Positions 25,630 through 35,074 of a stretch of DNA of 64,000 bases are shown here, in pieces. Position 1 is the stretch's first letter, and each line of letters starts with the position of its first letter. The translations under genes and the position numbers were made by a program. This stretch comes from a virus. Taxonomy: Duplodnaviria; Caudoviricetes. The notes under the pieces are model-generated. The model was not told the origin of the DNA, ran no database searches, and saw only the letters and a list, made by a program, of their open reading frames with translations. The stretch lies in IMG/VR virus record IMGVR_UViG_3300031998_000010; one strand, written 5' to 3'.

Positions 25630-25638
25630 ATAAAGGTT
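25630..25638 (-). promoter_or_regulatory. AACCTT-class late promoter
   Basis: AACCTTTAT upstream of protease; motif recurs before other structural operons. Confidence 0.65.
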
Positions 25639-25653
25639 ATTTCAACAAAAATA

Positions 25654-25682
25654 TAGCAGATAGAAATTAGCCTACCTGCTAT
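25654..25682 (-). terminator. intrinsic terminator
   Basis: ATAGCAGGTAG/CTATCTGCTAT followed by ATTTTT. Confidence 0.7.
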
Positions 25683-25708
25683 CAAAAAGAATCAAATTGT
25701 ATAAGAAA

Positions 25709-25981
25709 TTAAATTATGTCAACAGCACTATCTATTTCTGCAAGACCTAATCTGAGTTCAATACCTCGTCTAGGTAAGTCTACATAAAACTCCGAATCTA
25801 AAAGGTCGTTATCACTGAGTTCTTTAATTATGCTGATGTCTTCTGTAATATTTTGGTCAGATTCTTTCCAATATTCAAGATTTGCAATCAAATAATCTTT
25901 AGCAGTGTCAATATTAGAGTATATCTTTTCTGCCCAAGTATCATTATATTCATTTGTTGCATATATGACATAAAGTTTCAT
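25709..25981 (-). CDS. hypothetical protein
   Basis: AGGAG RBS. Confidence 0.7.
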   Translation of the reverse strand: MKLYVIYATNEYNDTWAEKIYSNIDTAKDYLIANLEYWKESDQNITEDISIIKELSDNDLLDSEFYVDLPRRGIELRLGLAEIDSAVDII

Positions 25982-25994
25982 ATGATTCTCCTAA

Positions 25995-26396
25995 TTACCA
26001 CTTGAATCTATTGCGACCATATTCCCTTAACAAATCATGAAATTCATTTTTGATAAATTTAGGATGTTCATCAAGAAACTCACCTAAAGCTTGCTTACCA
26101 AGATTTACATCATTCTCATCATAGAACCAAGAACCTGTAGCAGGATGGGACTGGAATTTTTCACCTGTTGATTCATTTACAAAGATGTAAAGAGGTCCTT
26201 TGTTGGCATATTGATTAAAGTATCTTTCATCTCTACCAGTAGCCCACTTCGAACCTTCAGATAATTTTGCACAAGCATCAAATGTAGTAGGGGAATACAT
26301 TGCCCACTCGTCATCTCTAGCAAGAGGGACTTCATCATTCATGAAAAATGATGCCCTTACATAGTCTGATGGATATTTAGTAAATGTTCTTTTCAT
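25995..26396 (-). CDS. putative internal head protein (leader MKRTFTKYPSDYVRAS), PcfJ-like domain
   Basis: shared leader; P.TFDA..L..GSKWAT..YFNQY..GPLYIFV..KFQ.H. Confidence 0.65.
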   Translation of the reverse strand: MKRTFTKYPSDYVRASFFMNDEVPLARDDEWAMYSPTTFDACAKLSEGSKWATGRDERYFNQYANKGPLYIFVNESTGEKFQSHPATGSWFYDENDVNLGKQALGEFLDEHPKFIKNEFHDLLREYGRNRFKW

Positions 26397-26436
26397 TGTT
26401 ATTTCTCCTTTACACCTAACCTCTTAATTATTGTGA

Positions 26437-26838
26437 TTATCTCCAACGCTGTCCATCATTGTATCTACGCACGCCATCAAGATATTCTTCCTCACTAATT
26501 GGAGATAGACAAAACATATAGTCGTTTAAATCGCATTGCTCTAATTCATTATCATAAAGATTAAACTTAGCTTCATCCCTATCATAACCAGTAGTAAAAG
26601 CATAATATTCTTGTCTACCACTTCCATCTTCAGGCCAGTATTGCATTACGGCTTGCCAGTATCCTGTACTATCGGAATTATTATTCGATAACTTCCCTTC
26701 AGCCATCTTTTCAGCTTTCCATTTTTCACGAGCCTGATACATAGTATAATTATGTTCTCTCTGTTTATTTATAGCATCATCAGTATATCTACTGCCCTTT
26801 ACATAACTACTAGGATACTTTGTAAATGTTCTTTTCAT
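26437..26838 (-). CDS. putative internal head protein (leader MKRTFTKYPSSYVKGS)
   Basis: shared leader; GAGGAG RBS. Confidence 0.65.
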   Translation of the reverse strand: MKRTFTKYPSSYVKGSRYTDDAINKQREHNYTMYQAREKWKAEKMAEGKLSNNNSDSTGYWQAVMQYWPEDGSGRQEYYAFTTGYDRDEAKFNLYDNELEQCDLNDYMFCLSPISEEEYLDGVRRYNDGQRWR

Positions 26839-26858
26839 AATCTTATCTCCTCTACCAT

Positions 26859-27536
26859 TTATCTTCTAGGTGCTACTAAATATGAAACATCTTCAATAGC
26901 ATTATTAAATGCATCAGTAACTGTTTTTATATGTCCTACATTTTTAAGACTCATATATCTGCCATCAACTAAAAGTGCTATATCATCATATATTCCCTGA
27001 CCTAAATCGGGAGAATATGCAAAATCGTGTAAAGGGGTCCTAGTTTTTTCAGGATATCTTGTTCGATGTCTCCAACTTTGTTTAATACCATAAACTTCGC
27101 TTAAAAGATAGATGGGGATACTATTTTCAACTGGCTCATCATAAAACTGTGCTTCATCTACCTTAAAATATCTTCTTATGTAATTCATAATTGGCTGCCC
27201 TTCAAGCCAATAAGGTATTTCCGAAATAAAATTATCATCTTTTACACCATAAGCAGGTTTATCGGCAAGTCGGTAACAATAATTTCTGCCATATGAACCA
27301 GTCATCATTTTATATTTATCTTTCTGACTGCCTATCAGATGAGTAATATAATCAAAATTTTCGTCATTTTTAGATAAAATTACAGGTTCTCCAGCCACCA
27401 ATTCAACAGCTTCTTTTGGTCCATATGCCTGTATTTCAACCCAAGAACCGTCCTTCTTATTTTGAACTTCCCATAACCTGAGTTCTTTACTAGCCTTCAC
27501 ATAGTTGCTTGGATATTTAGTGAATGTCCTTTTCAT
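26859..27536 (-). CDS. putative internal head protein (leader MKRTFTKYPSNYVKAS)
   Basis: shared leader; AAGGAG RBS. Confidence 0.65.
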   Translation of the reverse strand: MKRTFTKYPSNYVKASKELRLWEVQNKKDGSWVEIQAYGPKEAVELVAGEPVILSKNDENFDYITHLIGSQKDKYKMMTGSYGRNYCYRLADKPAYGVKDDNFISEIPYWLEGQPIMNYIRRYFKVDEAQFYDEPVENSIPIYLLSEVYGIKQSWRHRTRYPEKTRTPLHDFAYSPDLGQGIYDDIALLVDGRYMSLKNVGHIKTVTDAFNNAIEDVSYLVAPRR

Positions 27537-27553
27537 GGTTCTTTATTTCTCCT

Positions 27554-27802
27554 TTAACCTAATCTTCTAAGTATTTCTTCTTCAAGTAAATCGAGAATAT
27601 CTCCGAGTTCGTGATTTGGGGCAGTAATTGCTGAACCTTCACACATGAGTAAATATTTTTTGAAATGACTCAACAAATCTAATCCAGATAGCCCTTGAAT
27701 AATTTTAATCTTATCTTCCCGTTCTTCTGGCGAAAGAGGTTCAGTACTAGAATAAGATGCTTTAATATAATTATTAGGATATTTAGTGAATGTTCTTTTC
27801 AT
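27554..27802 (-). CDS. putative internal head protein (leader MKRTFTKYPNNYIKAS)
   Basis: shared leader; AAGGAG RBS. Confidence 0.65.
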   Translation of the reverse strand: MKRTFTKYPNNYIKASYSSTEPLSPEEREDKIKIIQGLSGLDLLSHFKKYLLMCEGSAITAPNHELGDILDLLEEEILRRLG

Positions 27803-27818
27803 GAGATATATTCTCCTT

Positions 27819-28193
27819 TTATTTCTTCAGGTCGTCACCAAGGACTTTACCTGTTAATCTGACCATTCCGCCAACTGCCAGTGTCTTAAGGATTTCACTA
27901 ATGATTCCTGCTTCAATCGGAGCATCTTCGGGAATATCAGCAAACTGCTCATAATCTGTATTGTCTATTTCTTCATAAGTAGCATCGTTGATTTCGGCTA
28001 CTTCGTCAACAGCTTCGGGTTCAACTTCAACAGGCTCGGCTTCATTCTTATTAATAGTATAAACTGACTCTCCAATTGTTACTTTAACAGTAGAATCATT
28101 TTCATCTACTGTTATTGCATAATCGGCTAATTCATCTATCTGACAAAGAAAGTCCAACAAAGCTGCTGGAGTAAACAATGTTTCTTCATTCAT
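27819..28193 (-). CDS. acidic protein with C-terminal amphipathic segment after IEAG
   Basis: ORF track; acidic core reminiscent of 10982-11419. Confidence 0.6.
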   Translation of the reverse strand: MNEETLFTPAALLDFLCQIDELADYAITVDENDSTVKVTIGESVYTINKNEAEPVEVEPEAVDEVAEINDATYEEIDNTDYEQFADIPEDAPIEAGIISEILKTLAVGGMVRLTGKVLGDDLKK

Positions 28194-28195
28194 GA

Positions 28196-28663
28196 TTAAT
28201 GCCTTCTTTCATAACATACTGTATCGGCTATTTCTTTTGCTATATCTAATCCGTAAGTACCCTTTAATTCTGCTACTATAAGTGACCATCCTGCACCAGA
28301 ATCTCTATAAGCATCCACTAACTGGTCAAATTCTTGTGCAGATATTTCAGGATATGTTGCAGCTTTTACATAATTACTTGGATACTTTGTACCACACTTG
28401 ATACTAGTTGAAGCATAAGTAGATTTAGGCTGATATTCTCCGTTAAAATCAATCCACCCACCGGCAACAATATCAGCACCCTCTTCCATTGCATTAAGGA
28501 AGTTTATGCAGTCTTCATCAGTATATCTTGATACAATATCAAAGACTTCTTCATTTGCAATGTAATTATCGTCTTCAGTGCAGATTTCAATATCAGAAAA
28601 TCTTTCTTTTGTAACTGTGTCACTGAGAATATAATCAATAACTTCTTGCCTTAAATCATTCAT
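28196..28663 (-). CDS. two-domain protein with internal copy of the capsid leader
   Basis: internal TKYPSNYVKAA. Confidence 0.65.
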   Translation of the reverse strand: MNDLRQEVIDYILSDTVTKERFSDIEICTEDDNYIANEEVFDIVSRYTDEDCINFLNAMEEGADIVAGGWIDFNGEYQPKSTYASTSIKCGTKYPSNYVKAATYPEISAQEFDQLVDAYRDSGAGWSLIVAELKGTYGLDIAKEIADTVCYERRH

Positions 28664-28724
28664 ATAAAGGTATACTCCTTTAGTAATATTAAAAATAAAA
28701 GGTTTGATGCTTGCTATAACGATT

Positions 28725-29048
28725 TCATACTCGTTCTGCGTCTTTTATCATGCCCTTAAATTGTTCCCAATCTTCTTTATCATACTTCGGTCGACAATAT
28801 GTTGAAACCCACTTGAGTTCATCATTCTTGGTCAACATATAATCTTCTACACAGCCATTTTCTTTCTGCAATACGTGAAGATATCCTTGGCTGCTGATAT
28901 AGAATATTTGACCATATTGTTCATTTACATAGAATTGATTTGGAGTCCATGACCTCATTCCATTTGTGAGGCGTTCAAAAGTCTCTAGCGACTTTCCTTC
29001 ATATTTTCCGATTGTTCCGGCTGCATGAGCCTTAATGTATCTCTTCAT
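28725..29048 (-). CDS. putative internal head protein (leader MKRYIKAH)
   Basis: ATG at 29048 with GAGGA RBS. Confidence 0.6.
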   Translation of the reverse strand: MKRYIKAHAAGTIGKYEGKSLETFERLTNGMRSWTPNQFYVNEQYGQIFYISSQGYLHVLQKENGCVEDYMLTKNDELKWVSTYCRPKYDKEDWEQFKGMIKDAERV

Positions 29049-29056
29049 GATAGTCC

Positions 29057-29713
29057 TCAATATTCAAAGTTATTATCAGGGTATACTAACTTATCGCCTT
29101 TGAAGTATGTAGAATATGAGATGTCATCGCATCTTCCACACATGAATTTCTTTTCCTCTCTATCATATTCGTCTTTGATATATACTTGCTTATCGGTGGG
29201 ATATGCAATAGGCTTGATAGTGAAGTATTCGCCTTTCTTCAAAGAACGAAGAGGAACTGCTTTGAATTCCCAATCGTCGGGATTAGGTTCTATTGCTGCT
29301 TTGATTGTATCACAACCTGCTATAGACTCTTCATAATCTCCAATACACTTAAGATATTCTGTGTCAAACTTCTGTAAAAGTTCCGGAACATATTTCTTCA
29401 AATCACTGGGATATTTAATTCTTCGCATATCAATCGGTTTATCTAATTTGATATTAAAGAAAAAATCATCTACGTCTACATCAACATCTAACTTATTGTC
29501 GTCTTCAATGTAGCAGCGAAGATTAATGGGGTCGTCTTGTTGGAAATTATAACATTCTTTAGCTCTGATTGCTTCTTCAAGCGGAATCTCAATATATTCG
29601 ATACAATCATCTCGTGTAAAGAATCCATCTTCAATACCTAAGAAGTTATCGCACTCAATTCGTTCTTTAGCTTCCCATTCTAATTGTCTTTTTGATGCTT
29701 TGATATGCTTCAT
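29057..29713 (-). CDS. putative internal head protein (leader MKHIKAS; internal IKAA)
   Basis: ATG at 29713 with AGGAG RBS. Confidence 0.65.
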   Translation of the reverse strand: MKHIKASKRQLEWEAKERIECDNFLGIEDGFFTRDDCIEYIEIPLEEAIRAKECYNFQQDDPINLRCYIEDDNKLDVDVDVDDFFFNIKLDKPIDMRRIKYPSDLKKYVPELLQKFDTEYLKCIGDYEESIAGCDTIKAAIEPNPDDWEFKAVPLRSLKKGEYFTIKPIAYPTDKQVYIKDEYDREEKKFMCGRCDDISYSTYFKGDKLVYPDNNFEY

Positions 29714-29727
29714 AAATATATCTCCTA

Positions 29728-31128
29728 TTAATGTGATGACCAAATATTCCAAACTTCTTCAGGATACTGAGAAGGATAGATATATCTTAAACCGTTCAAC
29801 TGCTGTAATCCGCCTAATTGTAATTTCCAAACTACCTGGGCTACTTGATTCTTTCCAATTCTAAGTATACTTTGTTGAACCTTCTGTCTATTTTCTTCTT
29901 TAGTCATGTCTTTCCAAGTATACTCAGTGCTTGTTGTTGTATATGTTACTACAATAGGGGCACTATCTTGAGGTGCCTCACTAAATACAATAGCATTATC
30001 AACTAATTCATAAGAAGTTACTTGCTCTCCATGAATTGTTACTGATAAAATTTCGCTTACTTCTTTATCTAATTCAAATGTTGTTGTAACTCCATCACCT
30101 ACAAATGATTGCTCTAATCTAACATCATATATTTCGTCATCAGCAGGAAGAATCCTATATCCTGCTAATAAGCCGTTATCTCCGCTTGTATCATAATAAC
30201 TTCTTGACCAAAGGCCGGCTTCAGTTATGTAGATATAATCATTTCCACCTCTAAAATCTTTTAATGCACCAGTTGAAATGAATGCAGAATAAATAACATC
30301 AAGAGTATTTGGAATTTCTGCTTGAACCTCAGGAACGATATTACGATAAGTTATCTTACTGCGAAGTGTTGATGTTTTAATCAGCTCGCAATTTATAGCT
30401 TCGTCACTTGCTACTTTATACTGGATTGCTATTCTTCCACTATAAGAAGTTCCATTAGTAATTGTTACTTTAGTCCCTGAAGAATCAAGTGAATAATTAC
30501 TTGCCGATATGCCGGCTCTACTTATCAATGTATTATGCATATCCTGATTGATTACTCCATCAGGATATACAATTATAGAAACAATATTAGATTTAGACTT
30601 ATCAAGTACTTGTGAAGATAGTGTGTATGTATTTGAACCGGCATCTCCAAAGAATTGTTCTAATTTTGCTGGCTTATCAGAATAAGGAAGACCTAACCCA
30701 AACCATTCGCGGTCATTGTTCACATTATCGCTATATCCGTCTGCACCAAAACCAGGCGTCTGATTAAGATATTCAGTAAACCTTAACACTGTATTTAACT
30801 CTTCTTCAGTATCAGTAGCATCTGAAGGAGCTAAAGGAGTAGAGCCTAAACCTATAGGCAGATAATCACTATCAGCATCTTGAGAAACTAATCCCATAGT
30901 TCCTAATGAAATATATTGAGGAACCCAAGCAGAAAGAATATCTCCTCCTTGGTTAAATACACCATCGCCCATTAAGTAATGAGCAATTCCTGTTAGAAGT
31001 GAATTAGTCGCAGAATTATGCCCTACATGCTCTTGAACAACCTTACCTGTAGGTTCATCAATAATACGAATAGTTACATTCTGCTTTACATCTAATCTCT
31101 TAATTATATCTAACGGATTTTCAATCAT
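29728..31128 (-). CDS. baseplate/fibre attachment structural protein
   Basis: YISLGT, ITEAGLW fibre-collar-like motifs with F.GDG..T.F.L Ig-like inserts. Confidence 0.55.
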   Translation of the reverse strand: MIENPLDIIKRLDVKQNVTIRIIDEPTGKVVQEHVGHNSATNSLLTGIAHYLMGDGVFNQGGDILSAWVPQYISLGTMGLVSQDADSDYLPIGLGSTPLAPSDATDTEEELNTVLRFTEYLNQTPGFGADGYSDNVNNDREWFGLGLPYSDKPAKLEQFFGDAGSNTYTLSSQVLDKSKSNIVSIIVYPDGVINQDMHNTLISRAGISASNYSLDSSGTKVTITNGTSYSGRIAIQYKVASDEAINCELIKTSTLRSKITYRNIVPEVQAEIPNTLDVIYSAFISTGALKDFRGGNDYIYITEAGLWSRSYYDTSGDNGLLAGYRILPADDEIYDVRLEQSFVGDGVTTTFELDKEVSEILSVTIHGEQVTSYELVDNAIVFSEAPQDSAPIVVTYTTTSTEYTWKDMTKEENRQKVQQSILRIGKNQVAQVVWKLQLGGLQQLNGLRYIYPSQYPEEVWNIWSSH

Positions 31129-31802
31129 TATGGTATCTCCGATACTTCTGAATTTTCATCGTGATAAAAATGCTCAACACCTCTATAAGAATTTAATCCT
31201 CCGACGAATACTGAATATTGGTCAGGAGAAACATTAGAGATTAACAAATAATATACTATATTAATTATTGCTTTATCTTCAGGGGCAGAAGTCAATGTAA
31301 CTTTTCTATTGCTAGAGTTGAATGAATATTCAGCTTCTTGATTATTTACTGTAACTTCTACTACATCTTCTATATCTGTATGATTAACTAAAGTAAATAC
31401 TTTTGTGCTTCCATTTCCTATGAATTTTTCTTCATGAAAATCAATAGAAATGTCACCGGGAAGTTCATTATCAATTCTTCGATGTAGATATGGTTTTGTT
31501 AATCCTGATTCATCTCTTGCTATATCGGATGCAGAAGCAAGCTTCACAGGTCCTTGAGCATAACTAAAATCAATCTTATACACTACTGATACTATTACAC
31601 CAGCAGCCGGAGCAGAACTCAGTATTATTGTATCATTCTCTAAATCAAATGTATAAGAACTTGTTTCGGTGCCATTTACTATTACTGAAATAATTTCAGT
31701 TGCAATTTCACTGAGTTGAAATTCAGTAGCATTTCCACTTCCAATGAATTCATCTTGAAATTCATATTCTGTAATTGGATTATACTGAAAATCTTCTGGC
31801 AT
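31128..31802 (-). CDS. virion protein with two FIG.G...F.L Ig-like repeats
   Basis: FIGSGNATEFQL and FIGNGSTKVFTL; late promoter at 31827-31835. Confidence 0.6.
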   Translation of the reverse strand: MPEDFQYNPITEYEFQDEFIGSGNATEFQLSEIATEIISVIVNGTETSSYTFDLENDTIILSSAPAAGVIVSVVYKIDFSYAQGPVKLASASDIARDESGLTKPYLHRRIDNELPGDISIDFHEEKFIGNGSTKVFTLVNHTDIEDVVEVTVNNQEAEYSFNSSNRKVTLTSAPEDKAIINIVYYLLISNVSPDQYSVFVGGLNSYRGVEHFYHDENSEVSEIP

Positions 31803-31833
31803 AGTTAATGTACCTCTTTGAAGTTATAAAAGG

Positions 31834-32994
31834 TTATGTAGATGTGAATTTGATTCCTACAACATGTGCATAAGTATTTGATGATATATAATTTCTACTG
31901 ATATATACAATCGAGTATGTATTATAAGGATTAAACACATACATAAGTGCATATTCATCTTTCAACTCATACATGTTATTAGAAGGAATAAATATATTTA
32001 TACACGGCTGAACTTCATCATAACTTCCGTCATTTGAACAGAATAATATCCAGTCAAAGCTCATAAGGTCTTCTTGTGTTGTAATATCAACACTTGTTCC
32101 TGTTTGAGATGTTGCTTTATATATTTCTGTTTCTTCGACTGTTAAATTTGTACAATTAAGTCCTATTACTTTTGAAATGAGACAACTTCTTGACCCAGAA
32201 CGACTCCAAGTTAAATTACTTTGTGTGTATGTGCAATACTGATTATTACTAAATTCATTAAAATTTATATAATTGCCTATACTAAATATAGCATCTACAG
32301 CACTAGGGGTAGTTATAATAGGAGTTTCAACTCCACTTGATGTATTATATATAATAAACTTTAAAAAATCATAGTTGTGATAATCTTCACTAAAAGTAAA
32401 TGAAGTTGCTAAGGAAGAAGAATTATCTACTAGGACAGTCTCCGAAAAAATTGGAGTGGAAGTACCTTCAACAACACTTATAGCAGGATAAATTTTCAAA
32501 GAACTCACAGTAACAGTAGCGTTGTCTCCGTTATCATCTGAGGTAGTAAAACATATATAGGCATAACCATCTGTTCTGACAACAATAGGAACATAATAAG
32601 TATGCTCATCAGTATCGGTTCTAACAAATGGAACATAAGTGGAAAACCCGTATGTTCTCGGATATGCTGATGCATTAGAATAACTATTAGAGGAATAAAT
32701 ACCCCAAGTATATTGATTATAATAAGGTGGATTTTTATCAATAGCTGCTTTTATTTGAGCAACATAAGTACCCGCAGATAAAGTAACTCTAAATATGCAC
32801 TGTTCATATCCACTCGAAGGCTGATCTTGATATGATAAAGCAAATTCATAATCACTTATTTTCGTAACAGTAGGAACAGTAGTATTTACTTTATTATTAA
32901 ATACAAAGTCAGAAATATTAATGGGCTTATTTTGTATAACCCCATTAACTACCATACTGTTTGAAATTTTATTTCCATTCAAATATAGAGCCAT
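31834..32994 (-). CDS. putative receptor-binding/fibre protein
   Basis: beta-rich S/T/Y/N composition; in fibre cluster. Confidence 0.55.
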   Translation of the reverse strand: MALYLNGNKISNSMVVNGVIQNKPINISDFVFNNKVNTTVPTVTKISDYEFALSYQDQPSSGYEQCIFRVTLSAGTYVAQIKAAIDKNPPYYNQYTWGIYSSNSYSNASAYPRTYGFSTYVPFVRTDTDEHTYYVPIVVRTDGYAYICFTTSDDNGDNATVTVSSLKIYPAISVVEGTSTPIFSETVLVDNSSSLATSFTFSEDYHNYDFLKFIIYNTSSGVETPIITTPSAVDAIFSIGNYINFNEFSNNQYCTYTQSNLTWSRSGSRSCLISKVIGLNCTNLTVEETEIYKATSQTGTSVDITTQEDLMSFDWILFCSNDGSYDEVQPCINIFIPSNNMYELKDEYALMYVFNPYNTYSIVYISRNYISSNTYAHVVGIKFTST

Positions 32995-33006
32995 ATATTT
33001 ATCCTC

Positions 33007-33570
33007 TTATATTGTTATTATATAAGTGAAACCATAATAATAAGCACTTTCGTTAGGTGTAGCTACACTTCGATTTCCACATCTTCCGATTTCACAGTTA
33101 AAATTATTATTGTTATTATAATAACCGCATTGAAAAACATTCAGATAAAAACTATCTCCTGTATTAAGTGCAGAATAACTACTATCCGCTCCCCAATATC
33201 CAACAAGACTAAAATTTGACACATCTGCATTTTGAAGTATGAATAATTGCATACCACAATTTGATATGGCATTGGTATTTTCAATAGATATAACATCATT
33301 AGCATTAATAGTTATATTCCCGTAAAAGAACCCCACTCCATTTATCAAGTAAAGGATCGGAGTTATTGCAACACCATTTAATTTAACCGTAACATCTGTT
33401 GAAATAGCTGTACTTGATTTTATTATATAAGCATAGTATTGAAATGTTCCACTTTCTGTAAAAGTATAAGTTAAAGAGCCTATACTATTAGTATTGCGAG
33501 ATTGGGCAGAAATAATTATTGGTGCTGAAGCACCGCCTGAACCCTTTTTATGACTCCTAATCCAAGCCAT
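33007..33570 (-). CDS. putative receptor-binding protein
   Basis: MAW start then Gly linker; beta-rich. Confidence 0.5.
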   Translation of the reverse strand: MAWIRSHKKGSGGASAPIIISAQSRNTNSIGSLTYTFTESGTFQYYAYIIKSSTAISTDVTVKLNGVAITPILYLINGVGFFYGNITINANDVISIENTNAISNCGMQLFILQNADVSNFSLVGYWGADSSYSALNTGDSFYLNVFQCGYYNNNNNFNCEIGRCGNRSVATPNESAYYYGFTYIITI

Positions 33571-34175
33571 TAGCTAACCCTCACTTTCACTTTCATATCA
33601 TTTGCTTGTGCATCAAAAGTTAATGTTACACTGCCAGCAGCAACTGTTATTGAATTATAATCAACATCTGCATCAGTATAGACATCTATAGTAGAATCTG
33701 TTGTGATAATGCTATCTACAAACTGTATGCTTGTCTGCCCTGCAGTCAAAACTCCAATAAGGTCATTCCAAGAACAGTCACTACCTCCCATATTAAGACC
33801 GTAAACTCTTACAAGGCCATTAATATTACTTTGATTATCTATAATCTTCTGAATAGTTGTATCTTTGATATAAAAAGCAGATGATCTTGTATCATAAGAA
33901 TTTAAAGAAACATGGTTGGGATTCTTTGATTCATTTATTGTCTTAACATTGTAAGTAAAAAAGACCGTAGCGTTCCAATAACCGCTATCACCGCTACTTG
34001 ACATAAGTTCCAAAATAATTGAATCATAATTATTGATATTAGAATGGAGTGTTTTTGTATATGTCCCGAAAAGAACACTACCACTATTATCAGTAACATA
34101 ATCCCATAATACATTTAGAGAATAGTTATCACTACTTGCTGTATAACATCTTCCGTTTAGCATTAGTTTCCCCAT
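33570..34175 (-). CDS. fibre adaptor protein
   Basis: C-terminal WNDLIGVLTAGQTSIQF..DMKVKVRVS is paralogous to the C-terminus of 38682-39929. Confidence 0.55.
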   Translation of the reverse strand: MGKLMLNGRCYTASSDNYSLNVLWDYVTDNSGSVLFGTYTKTLHSNINNYDSIILELMSSSGDSGYWNATVFFTYNVKTINESKNPNHVSLNSYDTRSSAFYIKDTTIQKIIDNQSNINGLVRVYGLNMGGSDCSWNDLIGVLTAGQTSIQFVDSIITTDSTIDVYTDADVDYNSITVAAGSVTLTFDAQANDMKVKVRVS

Positions 34176-34189
34176 AAATCAAATCTCCA

Positions 34190-35059
34190 TTAACTTGTTT
34201 TTGTATAACGGATTGTCACATAACAATCTTGTATAGAACTAAATCCGTTACCAACACCTACTTTATAAGTTGTACTTGTAACATTTGAAATATAAATCGT
34301 ATAACTTGATGATATCGAAGTATAAGGTAAATATAAATATTCAGAATTATTATTATATTTACATACTCCTGTAATTGAAATTAATCTACCAAAATTAGAT
34401 ATATTGTGATTGAGTGTATTATCTCCTACTGAACAAGTCGGATTCATAGTTTTTTCATAGATAGTAGAGCCGTCAACCCAAGTGCCAATGATATGTTCAT
34501 CTTCTGAATAATGAACCGCAGGTACGCCTTGTGGTGTCCAAGTACCGCTTCCTGCAACATCAGTTGATTTTGTGTACCGTATTGTGACAATAAGTTTAGA
34601 TATAGACTGCCCTGAATAAGAACCTAACCAAACAATTACATTAGTAGTATCAATGGTTTCTACACCATTATAATATGTTGAACCACCGATTGAAGTAGCA
34701 GGAATAGGGGTGTAATCCCCTGATGACCTTACAATATAACCGCTTATAGGAAACCTACAATCCCCAATATTTGATATTCCGTGAGGAATCGAATTTTCGG
34801 CATTTGTAGATATTCCACTTGTAACCACTAAAGTTTTTTCATATAAAGGCTTCCCGTCTGTCCAAACACCAATCTCTCTTTCAGTAGTTGAATAAATTAC
34901 AGGCTGGAAATCCTGCCCATCGCCATTAGCATCAGTAATAAAATACATCTTACCATTATGCTTTTCTGCATCAGTAAGCTGGTCATATTGGAGTTGGGTA
35001 AGTTCTACATATTTTGCACCGCTACCATAAACTATATTATTTTTAATGATTTTTGGCAT
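34190..35059 (-). CDS. tail fibre tip protein (two YS..E..IG.W.DG..YEKT..YTK domains)
   Basis: paralogous to C-terminus of 35075-37720. Confidence 0.7.
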   Translation of the reverse strand: MPKIIKNNIVYGSGAKYVELTQLQYDQLTDAEKHNGKMYFITDANGDGQDFQPVIYSTTEREIGVWTDGKPLYEKTLVVTSGISTNAENSIPHGISNIGDCRFPISGYIVRSSGDYTPIPATSIGGSTYYNGVETIDTTNVIVWLGSYSGQSISKLIVTIRYTKSTDVAGSGTWTPQGVPAVHYSEDEHIIGTWVDGSTIYEKTMNPTCSVGDNTLNHNISNFGRLISITGVCKYNNNSEYLYLPYTSISSSYTIYISNVTSTTYKVGVGNGFSSIQDCYVTIRYTKTS

Positions 35060-35074
35060 AATGGTAGTTCTCCT

